Of a stretch of 64,000 nt of DNA, positions 53,454 through 64,000 are shown one piece after another. The stretch comes from an uncultured cyanobacterium. GTDB lineage: Bacteria > Cyanobacteriota > Cyanobacteriia > PCC-6307 > Cyanobiaceae. Where the stretch lies: positions 32,001 through 96,000 of the forward strand of contig CAVONQ010000003.1 of assembly GCA_963697335.1 (NCBI GenBank), written 5' to 3'. The first letter of the stretch is position 1, and every line of letters begins with the position of its first letter. The notes beneath the pieces were generated by a model. That model was not told the DNA's origin. It made no database searches and was given only the letters and a program-made list of their open reading frames with translations. The position numbers and the translations under genes are program-made.

Positions 53454-56327
53454 TCAGACCGTGGCGCGCTGGGGGGCCGGAGCCGGCTGGAACATGAACA
53501 TCGAGTAGATCACGTTGCGGCGCATCTGGGTCATCATCTCGAGGAACATGTCGTAGCCCTCGTTCTTGTATTCGATCAGAGGGTCTTTCTGGCCGTAGCC
53601 GCGCAGGCCCACCGACTCCCGCAGCGCATCCATGGCCTGCAGATGTTCCCGCCAGAGGGTGTCGATCTGCTGCAGGATGAAGAAGCGCTCGGCCTGGCGC
53701 ATCAGGTCTGGGCGCTGCTGCTCGATCTGACCCTCCTTGATGTCATAGGCATTGCGCATCTGCTCCTGCAGGAAGGCCTTGAGCTCCTCCACCCCCAGGC
53801 CCTGGAGCTGCTGGGGCTCGAGGTCTTCGAGGAGATAGATGAATTCCTTCACCTTCTCCACCAGGCGGCTGAGATCCCACTCCTCGGGGGGCAGGTCCGG
53901 GTTCACATAGGCCTCCACGATGTCGTCGATGGTGCGTTCGCCATAGCCGATCACCTGTTGCTTGAGCTCGCGGCCCTCCAGCACCCGGCGGCGCTCTGTG
54001 TAGACAGCTTTACGCTGATTATTCATCACTTCGTCATACTCAAATACCTGCTTTCGGATGTCGTAGTAGTAGGTTTCCACCTTCTTCTGGGCGCCCTCCA
54101 GCGAGCGGGTGAGCATCCCCGATTCAATCGGCATGTCTTCCTCCACGCGGAAGGCATTCATCAGACCGGCCACCCGGTCGCCACCGAAGATGCGCAGCAG
54201 GTTGTCTTCCAGGGAGAGAAAGAAGCGGGTGGAGCCCGGGTCGCCCTGGCGGCCGGCGCGGCCGCGCAGCTGGTTGTCCACCCGGCGGGACTCGTGGCGT
54301 TCCGTGCCGATCACATGCAGGCCGCCGGCCTCCCGGACCCGCCCTTCCTCCTGCTTCACCACAGCGTCATAGGTGGCCTTCACGGCCGTGATGCGTTCGC
54401 GCAGCAGGGCGATCTGGGGATCCTGCGTGGGGGCTTTCTCGGCCGCCTGGGCGATGCGATCTTCCAGTTCCAGCACGCTGAGGGCGCGATCGCCCCAGGC
54501 CTTCACCAGCTCCCGGGCCAGGGCGGCCAGGGCCTGCTGCTCCTCCTCGGGCAAGGAACAGGGGTAGAGGGCTCCGATGGCGCGGGCTTCCGAGGGGGCG
54601 CTGCCGTTGCGGGCGCCGGTGGCCTGACCCTTGCCGGCGCCGAAGCCGGACGCCTCGGCGGAGCGCTGCAGCGGCACCGGCGGGCGGTGCCCCTCCTCCG
54701 GGCGCACCAGCACGGGCAACAGCACCTCGCGCAGCTTGAGGCGGGCCATGTAGTCGCTGTTGCCGCCGAGGATGATGTCGGTGCCGCGGCCAGCCATGTT
54801 GGTGGCGATGGTCACGGCGCCGGCGCGGCCCGCCTGGGCCACGATCTCCGCTTCCCGCTCCACGTTCTCGGGTTTGGCATTGAGCAGGTTGTGGGGCACC
54901 TCCTGCTCGGCCAGCAGGGCGGAGAGCAGCTCGGATTTCTCCACACTGGTGGTGCCCACCAGCACCGGTCGGCCGGAGTTGTGCACCTCGGCAGTTTCCA
55001 GGGCCACGGCGCGCCACTTGGCGGTTTCGGTCTTGTACACCTGGTCGGTCCAGTCGGCGCGGGAGCGGGGCCGGTTGGTGGGCACGATGGCCACTTCGAG
55101 TTTGTAAGTCTTCTCGAACTCCACCTCTTCGGTCTTGGCCGTGCCGGTCATGCCAGCCAGACGCGGATAGAGCAGGAAGAAGTTCTGGTAGGTGATAGAA
55201 GCGAGCGTCTGGGTTTCGGGCTGGATCGGCAGGCCCTCCTTGGCTTCGATCGCCTGGTGCTGGCCATCACTCCAGCGGCGGCCAGGCATCACCCGGCCGG
55301 TGAACTCATCAACAATCACCGCATCCTGCCCGCGCACGATGTAGTTCACATCCTTGATGAACAACTCCTTGGCCTTAAGGGCATTATTGATATAATGGGC
55401 CCAGGGGTCGGCGGGGTCAAACAGATCGCTCACCCCCAGCATCTGCTCAGCCTTGGCGAAGCCCTCATCGGTGAGGGTGCAGCTGCGCTGCTTCTCGTCC
55501 AGCTCGTAGTCGCCTTCAGGGTCGATGCCGTCCTTGCCGAGCTCCGCCGCCCGCTCCAGCCTGGCGGCCACTTCGGCGGCCTTCTGGTATTTCTCCTGGG
55601 GACGCTCCACCTGGCCGGAGATGATCAGGGGCGTACGGGCCTCATCGATCAGGATCGAATCAACTTCATCGATCACGCAGTAGTGGAAATCGCGCTGCAC
55701 CACCTCGGCGATGTCGGTGGCCATGTTGTCGCGCAGATAATCAAAACCCAGCTCGCTGTTGGTGGCGTAGGTGATGTCGCAGCCGTAGTTCTCACGCCGA
55801 TCGGAAGGCGCCATGTCCTGCTGGATCAGGCCCACGGAGAGGCCGAGGAAGCGATGGATCTGTCCCATCCACTCGGCGTCACGGCGGGCCAGGTAGTCGT
55901 TCACGGTCACCACGTGCACGCCGCGGCCCGTGAGGGCATTGAGGTAACTGGGCAGGGTGGCCACGAGGGTTTTGCCCTCACCGGTCTTCATCTCGGCGAT
56001 CTGGCCGTCGTGCAGCACCATGCCGCCGATCAGCTGCACGTCGAAGTGGCGCATGCCGAGCACCCGCTTGCCGGCCTCGCGCACCACGGCAAAGGCCTGG
56101 GGCAGCAGCTCATCGAGCAGCTTGCGCTCCCGGGCCCGCACGGCCTCGGCGTTGCCCCCGGAATCACGGGCCTGCTCCAGCCTCTGGCGGAACTCGCCGG
56201 TGAGGCCGCGCAGCTCGTCGTCGGAGAGGGGAGCGATCTCCTCTTCCAGCAGGTTGATGTCGGAGACAACCGGCTGGTAGCGCTTCAGCTTGCGGGCATT
56301 GGGGTCACCCAGCAGGAGCTTGAGCAT
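53454..56327 (-). CDS. secA: Preprotein translocase SecA
   Basis: [42 protein letters not shown]. Confidence 0.98.
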   Translation of the reverse strand: MLKLLLGDPNARKLKRYQPVVSDINLLEEEIAPLSDDELRGLTGEFRQRLEQARDSGGNAEAVRARERKLLDELLPQAFAVVREAGKRVLGMRHFDVQLIGGMVLHDGQIAEMKTGEGKTLVATLPSYLNALTGRGVHVVTVNDYLARRDAEWMGQIHRFLGLSVGLIQQDMAPSDRRENYGCDITYATNSELGFDYLRDNMATDIAEVVQRDFHYCVIDEVDSILIDEARTPLIISGQVERPQEKYQKAAEVAARLERAAELGKDGIDPEGDYELDEKQRSCTLTDEGFAKAEQMLGVSDLFDPADPWAHYINNALKAKELFIKDVNYIVRGQDAVIVDEFTGRVMPGRRWSDGQHQAIEAKEGLPIQPETQTLASITYQNFFLLYPRLAGMTGTAKTEEVEFEKTYKLEVAIVPTNRPRSRADWTDQVYKTETAKWRAVALETAEVHNSGRPVLVGTTSVEKSELLSALLAEQEVPHNLLNAKPENVEREAEIVAQAGRAGAVTIATNMAGRGTDIILGGNSDYMARLKLREVLLPVLVRPEEGHRPPVPLQRSAEASGFGAGKGQATGARNGSAPSEARAIGALYPCSLPEEEQQALAALARELVKAWGDRALSVLELEDRIAQAAEKAPTQDPQIALLRERITAVKATYDAVVKQEEGRVREAGGLHVIGTERHESRRVDNQLRGRAGRQGDPGSTRFFLSLEDNLLRIFGGDRVAGLMNAFRVEEDMPIESGMLTRSLEGAQKKVETYYYDIRKQVFEYDEVMNNQRKAVYTERRRVLEGRELKQQVIGYGERTIDDIVEAYVNPDLPPEEWDLSRLVEKVKEFIYLLEDLEPQQLQGLGVEELKAFLQEQMRNAYDIKEGQIEQQRPDLMRQAERFFILQQIDTLWREHLQAMDALRESVGLRGYGQKDPLIEYKNEGYDMFLEMMTQMRRNVIYSMFMFQPAPAPQRATV

Positions 56328-56450
56328 GGAGGGAAGCCGGCACGCAGGGAAGTCAGCCTACCGAGGGCAGGCTCTTCGCAGTTCCAGAAGGCCGTACCTC
56401 CGACACCAGTGGCGCCAGGTCTGCCCTGGCCTGCAGCGGCGTGGCGCCGC

Positions 56451-57356
56451 TCATCCGCCGCGCCTCTCCAGCAGCACGAAGGGATCAAACGTCACGCTGA
56501 TGCCGAACTCCTCGGCGAACTCCAGCACCCGACACCAGGCCCGGTTCTCGCGCAGGATGCCCCGCAGGATCACCGGGGCGTTGCCGCTCTGCAGCGTCAT
56601 CTCGAACAGGGGCCAGCCCACCGAGGGCTGCACCTGATCCTCCCGGAAGCTGGGCACCACATCGAGGCTGCCCACGAGGATGCGGCGCCGGCTGGCCTCC
56701 CAGGCATAGGGGATCTCGTAGAGGGCGAGCAGGTCGGCGGCCAGGGCCCAGGAGCTGCCGGCGGCATCGATCTCCACCGCCAGCTCCCGGCCACGGGCGG
56801 GCATGGTGGCGGCCCGGCGGAAGGCCAGCGCCGCCTCGGAGGGCTGCAGCGGCGGCTCGGGTGGGAGCTGGGGCGCCGCCAGAAAGCTGCGGATGCGCTG
56901 GCGCAGTTCGTCCCCGCCGCTGGGTGGGCCGTTCCTGGTGAGCTGGAGAAAGTCCCAGCGCTCGCCGGTGCCGCCCCAGATCACCGGGCCGTAGTTCTCG
57001 TGCATCCACTGGCCATCGCGGTTGGAGGCGGCCTCGGCGTGGGTCATCACCCGCTCGATGCCGATGTCGGCCGGGCCCCAGCCCCAGCTGCGGGCGACCT
57101 GGGCGGCCTCGCGGCAGAGGGCCTCGAGCTGGGCCTCGGTGGGGGGCAGCGTCCAGGGATCGGGGCGGCCGCCCATGCAGGCACAGGAGAGGGCCACGGC
57201 ATTGCTGTTGCGGCGCCAGGTGTGGGCCGGCAGATCGATGCTGTAGGCGTGCAGCCGATTCAGGCGGCCATCTCCGCCGATGATCGTGTGATAGAGCCCG
57301 GAGCGCACCCAGCTGTAGGAGGTGGCGGCCCAGTGCAGGTAGATCGTGGCCGGCAT
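56451..57356 (-). CDS. N-acetylmuramoyl-L-alanine amidase (Amidase_2-like) with C-terminal accessory domain
   Basis: IYLHW, YHTII, AHTWRRN, TEAQLEAL, VMTH zinc-amidase pattern. Confidence 0.7.
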   Translation of the reverse strand: MPATIYLHWAATSYSWVRSGLYHTIIGGDGRLNRLHAYSIDLPAHTWRRNSNAVALSCACMGGRPDPWTLPPTEAQLEALCREAAQVARSWGWGPADIGIERVMTHAEAASNRDGQWMHENYGPVIWGGTGERWDFLQLTRNGPPSGGDELRQRIRSFLAAPQLPPEPPLQPSEAALAFRRAATMPARGRELAVEIDAAGSSWALAADLLALYEIPYAWEASRRRILVGSLDVVPSFREDQVQPSVGWPLFEMTLQSGNAPVILRGILRENRAWCRVLEFAEEFGISVTFDPFVLLERRGG

Positions 57357-57488
57357 CGGCGGAAGCGTGGGCAGGAACGCTGCGAAAGGGGCTGCAGCAT
57401 CACTCCAGACCGTAGCCACAGCCCAACCCAAGGCCTCCAGTGACAGGTTTGATCGGCGGAGCCTGGTCGGCGGGCTCAGCTGAGCTCC

Positions 57489-58592
57489 CTACCCCACCAA
57501 CCCCAGCCGCCCGCCGGTGTAGCCGCCGCGCTCGCGCACGGCCGTGCACCAGCCCTGCTGCTCCAGATACCAGCGCACGGTGGCCTCCAGGCCCTGCTCG
57601 AAGTCGTGGCGCGGCTGCCAGCCCAGCTCGCTGCTGATGCGCGCCGGGTCGATGGCATAGCGGCGGTCATGGCCGGGGCGGTCGGTGACCGGGGTGATCA
57701 GGCGGGCGTGGGGAGCACCGGCCGGGCGCAGCTGATCGAGCAGGGCGCAGATCGCCTCCACCACCTGTTTGTTGGTGCGTTCGCCGTGGCCGCCCACGCA
57801 GTAGCTGCGGCCCAGCTCGCCCCGGGTGGCGGCCAGCAGCAGGGCGTCCACGTGGTCCTCCACATAGAGCCAGTCGCGCACGTTGGCGCCATCGCCGTAG
57901 AGGGGGATCGGCTCACCGGCGGCGGCCTTGAGGATCACCACCGGGATCAGCTTCTCGGGGAACTGCCAGGGGCCGTAGTTGTTGGAGCAGTTGGTGAGCA
58001 CCACCGGCAGGCCGTAGGTGTGGTGCCAGGCGCTCACCAGGTGGTCGCTGGCGGCCTTGCTGGCCGAGTAGGGGGAGCGGGGGTCATAGGGGGTGGTCTC
58101 CGAGAAGCGGCCCGTGGACCCCAGCGAGCCGAACACCTCATCGGTGCTGATGTGGTGCAGCCGGAAGGCGGCGCGGCGCTCCTCGGCCAGAGCCTCGTGG
58201 TGGGTCCGCACCGCCTGCAGCAGGTGGAAGGTGCCGCTCACGTTGCTGGCGATAAAGGCCTCCGGACCCTCGATCGAGCGGTCCACGTGGCTCTCGGCGG
58301 CCAGGTGCATGACCAGATCCGGATCGGCCTGGCGCACCGCCGCGGCCGTGGCCTCGGCATCGGTGAGGTCCACCCGCAGCAGCTGGTGGCGGGCCTCGGC
58401 GCCGTCACCGAGCTCGGCCAACACCGCCTCCACGCTGGTGAGATCGCTGGCGTAGCCGCACTTATCGAGGTTGAAGACCGTGGCCTCGCTCTCGCGCAGG
58501 AGACGCCGCACCACGGCGCCGCCGATGAAGCCGGCGCCGCCGGTCACCAGCACGCGGCGGCGGGGACCGAGCAGGGAGGGGAGTTGGATCAC
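57489..58592 (-). CDS. rfbB: dTDP-glucose 4,6-dehydratase
   Basis: [40 protein letters not shown]. Confidence 0.95.
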   Translation of the reverse strand: MIQLPSLLGPRRRVLVTGGAGFIGGAVVRRLLRESEATVFNLDKCGYASDLTSVEAVLAELGDGAEARHQLLRVDLTDAEATAAAVRQADPDLVMHLAAESHVDRSIEGPEAFIASNVSGTFHLLQAVRTHHEALAEERRAAFRLHHISTDEVFGSLGSTGRFSETTPYDPRSPYSASKAASDHLVSAWHHTYGLPVVLTNCSNNYGPWQFPEKLIPVVILKAAAGEPIPLYGDGANVRDWLYVEDHVDALLLAATRGELGRSYCVGGHGERTNKQVVEAICALLDQLRPAGAPHARLITPVTDRPGHDRRYAIDPARISSELGWQPRHDFEQGLEATVRWYLEQQGWCTAVRERGGYTGGRLGLVG

Positions 58593-58594
58593 GG

Positions 58595-59578
58595 TCAGCG
58601 GGGGTGGGGAAGGGAAGAGGGCAGCTGCTGCAGCACCTGGCGCAGGGCCGTGCGCCAGTGGCAGGGCGGCAGGTCGAGCAGGCGGTGGCTGGCGGTGCAC
58701 TCCAGCAGCGAATAGCTGGGCCGGCGGGCCGGGGTGGGGTAATCGGCGGTGGTGATCGGCCGCACCCGCGCCTGGCGCTGCAGCAGCCCAAGCTCCTGGC
58801 CCAGCTCGCCGATGGCCACGGCGAAGTCGTACCAGCTGGCGGCGCCGGCATCGCTCCAGTGCAGCAGGGGCGGCAGGATCTCGGCCTGGTCGGCCGACAC
58901 CCCCGCGCCGCTGGCCACCGCGATCAGCCGCCAGCAGGCCACCGCCAGGGTGAGGGTGCTGGTGGGGCAGCCCACCTGGTCGGCCACCACGCCGATCTCC
59001 GGCTTCTCGGCGTGCAGGCGCAGCATGGTGAGGCAGAAGTTGCGGCCCACTGGGCCATACACCCAGCTGGTGCGCAGCACCTGCACGCGGCCATCCTCCG
59101 CCAGGGCGCTGGCCAGCACCGCCTGTTCGCCGGCCGCCTTGCTGGCTCCGTACACACCGAGGGGCGCCAGGGCCTGGTCGGGGCGGTAGGGGGTGCCCTG
59201 GCTGCCGTCGAAGACGAAATCGGTGCTCACCTGCAGCAAGCGGCCGCCGCTGCCGGCCAGGGCCTCAGCGAAGGCCGCGGGCGCCGCAGCATTCACGGCG
59301 GCGGCCAGCTCCGGCTCGGTTTCGGCCCTGTCCACCGCCGTGTAGGCACCGGCATTGAGCACCCAGTGGGGGCGCAGCTCCTGCACCAGCTGGCGGCAGG
59401 CACTCGCATCGGCCAGATCCAGGGCCCTCTGGCCGTCACCGCCGCTGCGGCTGGTGGCGATCAGCTCCAGGCCCGGCGGGGCACTGGAAAGAAGTGCCTG
59501 GCCCAGCTGGCCGGCGGCACCGGTGAGCAGCACCTTCAGGGGCTCATCGGCTGGATCCATCGCGGCCGGGGGGCTCAT
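58595..59578 (-). CDS. rfbD: dTDP-4-dehydrorhamnose reductase
   Basis: GAAGQLG, AYTAVDRAE, STDFVFDG, YGASK. Confidence 0.95.
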   Translation of the reverse strand: MSPPAAMDPADEPLKVLLTGAAGQLGQALLSSAPPGLELIATSRSGGDGQRALDLADASACRQLVQELRPHWVLNAGAYTAVDRAETEPELAAAVNAAAPAAFAEALAGSGGRLLQVSTDFVFDGSQGTPYRPDQALAPLGVYGASKAAGEQAVLASALAEDGRVQVLRTSWVYGPVGRNFCLTMLRLHAEKPEIGVVADQVGCPTSTLTLAVACWRLIAVASGAGVSADQAEILPPLLHWSDAGAASWYDFAVAIGELGQELGLLQRQARVRPITTADYPTPARRPSYSLLECTASHRLLDLPPCHWRTALRQVLQQLPSSLPHPR

Positions 59579-60159
59579 GGGAACAGGTCCGTGGCGTCCA
59601 GTTCGGCCAGGAGCGGCGCCCCACCGTCCTTGCCGCTCAGCTGGGGCTGGGCCCCTGCCAGGGCCCCCAGGGGCCAGGCGATCGCCAGGGCCGGATCGTC
59701 CCAGCGGATGGCGCGCTCACAGTCCTTGCTCCAGAAGTCGGTGGTCTTGTAGAGCACCTCGGCCTCAGCGCTCAGGGTGAGGAAGCCGTGGGCGAAGCCC
59801 GGCGGCACCCACAGCTGCTGCTTGTTCTCGGCGCTGAGCAGGGCGCCACCCCACTGGCCCCAGGTGGGGGAGCTGCGGCGAATGTCCACCGCCACATCGA
59901 AGATCTCGCCCAGCACGCAGCGCACCAGCTTGCCCTGGGGGTGGGGCGGCAGCTGGTAGTGCAGGCCCCTGAGCACCCCCTGCTGCGAGCGGGAGTGGTT
60001 GTCCTGCACGAAGGTCGTGGCACCCGCGGCGGCGTTGAACGTCTGCTGGTTCCAGCTCTCGTAGAAAAAGCCCCGCTCGTCGCCGAACAGGCGCGGGGTC
60101 AGCAGCAGCACCCCCTCCAGCTCGGCTCCTGAGGCACTGCGCAGCGGCTCAACCTGCAT
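59575..60159 (-). CDS. rfbC: dTDP-4-dehydrorhamnose 3,5-epimerase
   Basis: DERGFF, QDNHS, LRGLHYQ, GFAHGF. Confidence 0.95.
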   Translation of the reverse strand: MQVEPLRSASGAELEGVLLLTPRLFGDERGFFYESWNQQTFNAAAGATTFVQDNHSRSQQGVLRGLHYQLPPHPQGKLVRCVLGEIFDVAVDIRRSSPTWGQWGGALLSAENKQQLWVPPGFAHGFLTLSAEAEVLYKTTDFWSKDCERAIRWDDPALAIAWPLGALAGAQPQLSGKDGGAPLLAELDATDLFP

Positions 60160-61039
60160 GGTCTGTCTCCAACACCTGCAGGAGATACTCGCCGTAGCCA
60201 CTCTTGCGCAAGGGGGCGGCCAGGGCGGCGAGCTGCTCAGCATCGATCCAGCCCATCCGCCAGGCCACCTCCTCGGGGCATCCCACCTTCAGGCCCTGGC
60301 GGTGCTCGAGGGTGCGGATGTAGCTGCCGGCCTCGTGCAGGGAATCGCAGGTGCCGGTGTCGAGCCAGGCCATGCCACGGCCCATCAGCTCCACCCGCAG
60401 CTGACCCTCCTCCAGGTACTGGAGGTTGAGGTCGGTGATCTCCAGCTCGCCCCGGGCCGAGGGCTCCACCCGCCGAGCCCGCTCCACCACGCTGTCGTCA
60501 TAGAAGTAGAGGCCGGTCACGGCGTAGCGGCTGCGGGGCTTGGCGGGCTTCTCCTCGAGGCTCAGCACCCGACCCTCGCCATCGAAGGCCACCACGCCGT
60601 AGCGCTCGGGATCGCGCACCGGATAGGCGAACACCGTGGCGCCCAGCTGTTGGCCATTGCAGCCCTGCAGCTGGGGGCTGAAGTCCTGGCCGTGGAAGAG
60701 GTTGTCACCCAGCACGAGGGCAGCAGGCGCTCCGGCCAGGAAGGACTCCCCGATCAGAAACGCCTGGGCCAGGCCATCGGGACTGGGCTGCACGGCGTAG
60801 TCAATGGCCATGCCCCAGCGGCGGCCGTCGCCCAACAGCCGCGTGAAGGCCTCATGATCTGAGGGGGTGGTGATGATCAGCACCTCGCGGATCCCCGCCA
60901 GCATCAGCGTGCTGAGGGGGTAGTAGATCATCGGCTTGTCGAACACCGGCAGCAGCTGCTTGCTCACCCCAACGGTGATGGGGTGCAGCCTGGTGCCGCT
61001 GCCTCCGGCCAGAATGATGCCCTTGCGCTGCTGGCTCAA
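60149..61039 (-). CDS. rfbA: Glucose-1-phosphate thymidylyltransferase (TTG start assumed; an ATG at 61084 is possible)
   Basis: [37 protein letters not shown]. Confidence 0.95.
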   Translation of the reverse strand: MSQQRKGIILAGGSGTRLHPITVGVSKQLLPVFDKPMIYYPLSTLMLAGIREVLIITTPSDHEAFTRLLGDGRRWGMAIDYAVQPSPDGLAQAFLIGESFLAGAPAALVLGDNLFHGQDFSPQLQGCNGQQLGATVFAYPVRDPERYGVVAFDGEGRVLSLEEKPAKPRSRYAVTGLYFYDDSVVERARRVEPSARGELEITDLNLQYLEEGQLRVELMGRGMAWLDTGTCDSLHEAGSYIRTLEHRQGLKVGCPEEVAWRMGWIDAEQLAALAAPLRKSGYGEYLLQVLETDHAG

Positions 61040-61082
61040 AGCGTCGGGGTGGCTGGGAGGATGATGACATGGTGTTGTTGTC

Positions 61083-61547
61083 ATGGTCGCGATCCAGCTG
61101 CTTCGCCATGCTCCAGGCGCCCCCGGCCTGCGCTGGTTCGGCCTCGGCCCCGATTTGCGTCCCACCCGCGCCCTGCTGAAGCTGCGGCGCCTGTTCAACC
61201 ACCACGCCTTCTGGGCCCAGGACCGCAGCTACGCCCAGCTGCGCACCCTGCTGGCCGGCAGCCCCGTGGTGGTGAGCCTGTGGCGGGGCAAGCGGCTGGT
61301 GGGCTTCGGGCGGGCCAGCAGCGATGGCGTCTGCCGGGCCGTGCTCTGGGACGTGGTGGTGGCAGGTGATCTACAGGGCCGCGGCCTCGGCCGCCAGGTG
61401 GTGGAGGGCCTGCTCAGCGATCCACGCCTGCAGCGGGTGGAGCGGGTTTACCTGATGACCACCAACAGCGCGGGCTTCTATGAGCAGCTCGGCTTCCAAA
61501 GGGTGGAAAGCCAGCAGCTGCTGGCGCACCAACCCCGGGGGGCTTGA
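61083..61547 (+). CDS. GNAT-family N-acetyltransferase
   Basis: LVGFGRA, WDVVV...QGRGLG acetyl-CoA motif, FYEQLGF. Confidence 0.88.
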   Translation: MVAIQLLRHAPGAPGLRWFGLGPDLRPTRALLKLRRLFNHHAFWAQDRSYAQLRTLLAGSPVVVSLWRGKRLVGFGRASSDGVCRAVLWDVVVAGDLQGRGLGRQVVEGLLSDPRLQRVERVYLMTTNSAGFYEQLGFQRVESQQLLAHQPRGA

Positions 61548-61614
61548 CCCTCCGAGCGGTGCGAACCTGGCCCGGATCAGCGCTCTGGCGGCTGAAAGGC
61601 CAAGGAGACGAAGC

Positions 61615-62160
61615 TCAATGGCTCACGGCCTTGAGGTCCTGCACGGTGCCGGTGTTCGAAACCAGACAGCGATACTTCTGGTTGGTTGATCCTCCACGCT
61701 CCCCAATCGCCCGGACAACCACCACAGAGTTGGGCTCTTCGTATTGTGCTCGCGTGATCTGCAGGTCACGAACATTACCTCCATAGAGATCATTGACACG
61801 GGCCATGCAGGCCGACTTCGACCGCTCACTCACGGCTACACCGGCTTGGCTGTGGGAGGAACCAGAAGACGCCATGGTCAGCTCTTGCACTTGGCCACGA
61901 TTGGAGACCAGACATTTCCAGGTTTCCGCTTTGTTCGTACCGCGGACCCGTAGGGCCTTGACCATCACGATGGAGTTGGCCTCGGAAAACTCACTGCTGG
62001 TCACCTTCAGATCACCAACTTTGCCTCCATAGTTTGAGTTCACAGCCGTCAGACACGCTGTGTTGGCAGCTGCTGGCACCTCGGCGGCCCTGCTGCTGAT
62101 CGGAGCGGCCATCACCAAACCCAAGGCGGCAAGCACCACCATCCCGATGTCAACTTTCAT
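61615..62160 (-). CDS. Secreted hypothetical protein with two tandem ~60-aa Cys-pair domains
   Basis: Signal peptide, clear internal duplication, lower GC than the flanks. Confidence 0.8.
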   Translation of the reverse strand: MKVDIGMVVLAALGLVMAAPISSRAAEVPAAANTACLTAVNSNYGGKVGDLKVTSSEFSEANSIVMVKALRVRGTNKAETWKCLVSNRGQVQELTMASSGSSHSQAGVAVSERSKSACMARVNDLYGGNVRDLQITRAQYEEPNSVVVVRAIGERGGSTNQKYRCLVSNTGTVQDLKAVSH

Positions 62161-62347
62161 CGCACTGCCTTAGTGGTTCAAGCTGCACTGTACCAATCCA
62201 GACAGCCACTGCAAGATGTTCGCCAGGGCAGATCAATCAGTCTGGAAGGGAACCAGGGCCGAGGCCGCCAAGACGCCTCGCGACCCACTTCATCATTGGT
62301 GAATCATCCACCTGGTTGTAGCGACGGCCTGCTTAAAATCCACCCAG

Positions 62348-62827
62348 CTAGTCCGGCAGACCCGCCATCAGGCTGCCCATCTCGAGCGCCTGCAGGCCAT
62401 AGCTCCAGCCCAGGTTGCTCTTGATGCCGGCCCGCTCCAGGGCCTGCTGCATGGTGTCGGTGGTGAGCACCCCGAAGATCACCGGCACGCCGCTCTGGCG
62501 GCTCACCGCCGCCACGCCCTTGCTCACCTCACTCACCACCACATCGAAGTGGGGGGTGTCACCGCGGATCACGGCCCCCAGGGTGATCACCACCTGGTAG
62601 CGACCGCTGGTGGCCAGCCGCTGGGCCACCAGGGGAATCTCAAAGCTGCCGGGTACCCAGGCCACATCCAGCTGGGCGCTGCTGGCGGAGGTGTCGATGC
62701 CGTGGCGACCGAGGCAGTCGAGGCAGCCGCTCAGCAGCTTCGCCGTGACCAGATCGTTGAAGCGGGCCACCACCACGCCGATCCGCAGGGAGTCTGCACC
62801 GACGAAGCGGCCCTCGAAAATTGCCAC
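62348..62827 (-). CDS. ribH: 6,7-dimethyl-8-ribityllumazine synthase
   Basis: [30 protein letters not shown]. Confidence 0.96.
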   Translation of the reverse strand: MAIFEGRFVGADSLRIGVVVARFNDLVTAKLLSGCLDCLGRHGIDTSASSAQLDVAWVPGSFEIPLVAQRLATSGRYQVVITLGAVIRGDTPHFDVVVSEVSKGVAAVSRQSGVPVIFGVLTTDTMQQALERAGIKSNLGWSYGLQALEMGSLMAGLPD

Positions 62828-62894
62828 AGGCAGGCGCCACTGGAGTGGCGCGGCAAGGTTCTTTCAGGGTAGAAGGCGCTCTGATGCTGCGGCT

Positions 62895-63083
62895 TCAGAC
62901 CACGAAGTAGCTCATGCCCCAGTTCACCAGCACCAGGGCCACCCAGGCGATGCCACCGATCAGGATCAGGCGGTTGGAGCGGCCGCTGTCTTCGCTGGTG
63001 GCGTAGAGCACCGGCACCGCCACGATCAGGGCAAAGGACATCACCACCAGGGCCAGAACGGTGAGTGTGTTGAGGATCTGCAT
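62895..63083 (-). CDS. psbZ: Photosystem II protein Z
   Basis: 62 aa, two TM helices, [13 protein letters not shown]; next to ribH. Confidence 0.92.
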   Translation of the reverse strand: MQILNTLTVLALVVMSFALIVAVPVLYATSEDSGRSNRLILIGGIAWVALVLVNWGMSYFVV

Positions 63084-63298
63084 GGATCTGCGGCGTCGCC
63101 GGGCCGGTCAGTGCCGGGATTCTCACACGTGGGCCCCGGGTGCCAGGCGCGGCCAGCCCCGATCCTTCACAAGTTGTCGGGCGCAGGGTGCCGGCCAGGC
63201 CCGTCACGGTGGCGCGGGGGCCCGGAGGGATCGACCTACGATCCATTCGCCTCCAACGCAGAGCCGTGGCCGCGGAAGCCGACCAACAGCTTTCGCTC

Positions 63299-64000
63299 AT
63301 GCCCGAGCCCGTTCTGCAGGGCTCGCTGTTCGCCGCTGGCCCCGGCCCTGCCCCTGCCGATGCCAGCGGCGAGGCAGCGGCTGGGGACGCAGCGGCAGGT
63401 GAGGGAGGCACGGCATCGGACCCGCTTGCCGCGGCCGCTGCCCGGCCGCGACGGCGGGCGGCGCGAGTGCGCCCTGCTGGACCTGAGCACGACGAGGCCG
63501 CCAGCGCAGACGACGTCCCCCAGGCTCCAGGCACCAGCGCTCCTGGCTCCAGCCTCCCGGGTGCGAGCGCCCCCGAGAGCGATCTGCCCCCCTGGCACCA
63601 CCACAGCCTGGTGGAGCCGGCCCGGCTGCCGCCGATGCTGCGCCACTACGTGCAGCTCAAGCGCGACCACCCCGAACGGGTGCTGCTCTACCGGCTGGGC
63701 GATTTCTTCGAGTGCTTCTTCGAAGACGCCATCACCCTCTCGCGGCTGCTGGAGCTCACCCTCACCGGCAAGGAGGCCGGCAAAGCCATCGGCCGCGTGC
63801 CGATGGCGGGCATCCCCCACCACGCGGCTGAGCGCCACTGCGCCGAACTGGTGCGCCGCGGCTTCAGCGTGGCCCTCTGCGACCAGCTGGAGAGCACCCC
63901 TGCCAAGGGGGAACTGCTGCGCCGGGGCATCACCCGGGTGCTCACTCCGGGCACGGTGATCGAGGAGGGAATGCTGGCGGCCCGGCGCAACAACTGGCTC
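63299..64000 (+). CDS. mutS: DNA mismatch repair protein MutS (5' part, runs off the window)
   Basis: My translation from ATG 63299: [40 protein letters not shown]; absent from the ORF track because no stop lies in the window. Confidence 0.95.
   Translation, partial: MPEPVLQGSLFAAGPGPAPADASGEAAAGDAAAGEGGTASDPLAAAAARPRRRAARVRPAGPEHDEAASADDVPQAPGTSAPGSSLPGASAPESDLPPWHHHSLVEPARLPPMLRHYVQLKRDHPERVLLYRLGDFFECFFEDAITLSRLLELTLTGKEAGKAIGRVPMAGIPHHAAERHCAELVRRGFSVALCDQLESTPAKGELLRRGITRVLTPGTVIEEGMLAARRNNWL

Noticed and set aside
53643..57443. 1266-aa + strand ORF, and other long antisense ORFs (3097-4926, 11803-13860, 15480-17543, 18538-20547, 31997-33823, 42498-44282)
   Set aside because: Shadow frames opposite well-supported genes in high-GC DNA; no recognisable motifs.

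Overview
A 64-kb chromosomal segment, visibly very GC-rich, from a picocyanobacterium (Cyanobium/Synechococcus type, judged from psbZ, a PlmA-like GntR regulator, an RpaB-family regulator, a group-2 sigma factor and ggpS). Most of it is core genome: argS, thiC with a TPP riboswitch, ruvB, smpB, lysS, mreBCD, ssb, ahcY, tsaE, mutY, mgtE, gyrB, miaA, infC, tRNA-Gly(GCC), cysE, secA, rfbACDB, ribH, psbZ and the 5' part of mutS. Accessory or notable parts: (1) a glucosylglycerol salt-acclimation locus, where glpK-glpD converges on a ggpS-ggtBCDA-GH13 operon with a near-consensus promoter; (2) feoA and feoB in convergent orientation, plus a Na+/H+ antiporter; (3) an ergothioneine locus (egtB-egtD, two small partners, one of them PspA/Vipp1-like) divergent from a cysteine synthase; (4) a two-gene cassette of an NDP-hexose 2,3-dehydratase and a GT2 glycosyltransferase between the sigma factor gene and mutY, my best candidate for an undescribed system; (5) a lower-GC gene for a secreted tandem-domain protein. 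I saw no CRISPR array, integrase or transposase. All calls come from reading motifs by eye; no database searches were run, and several start codons are best guesses.
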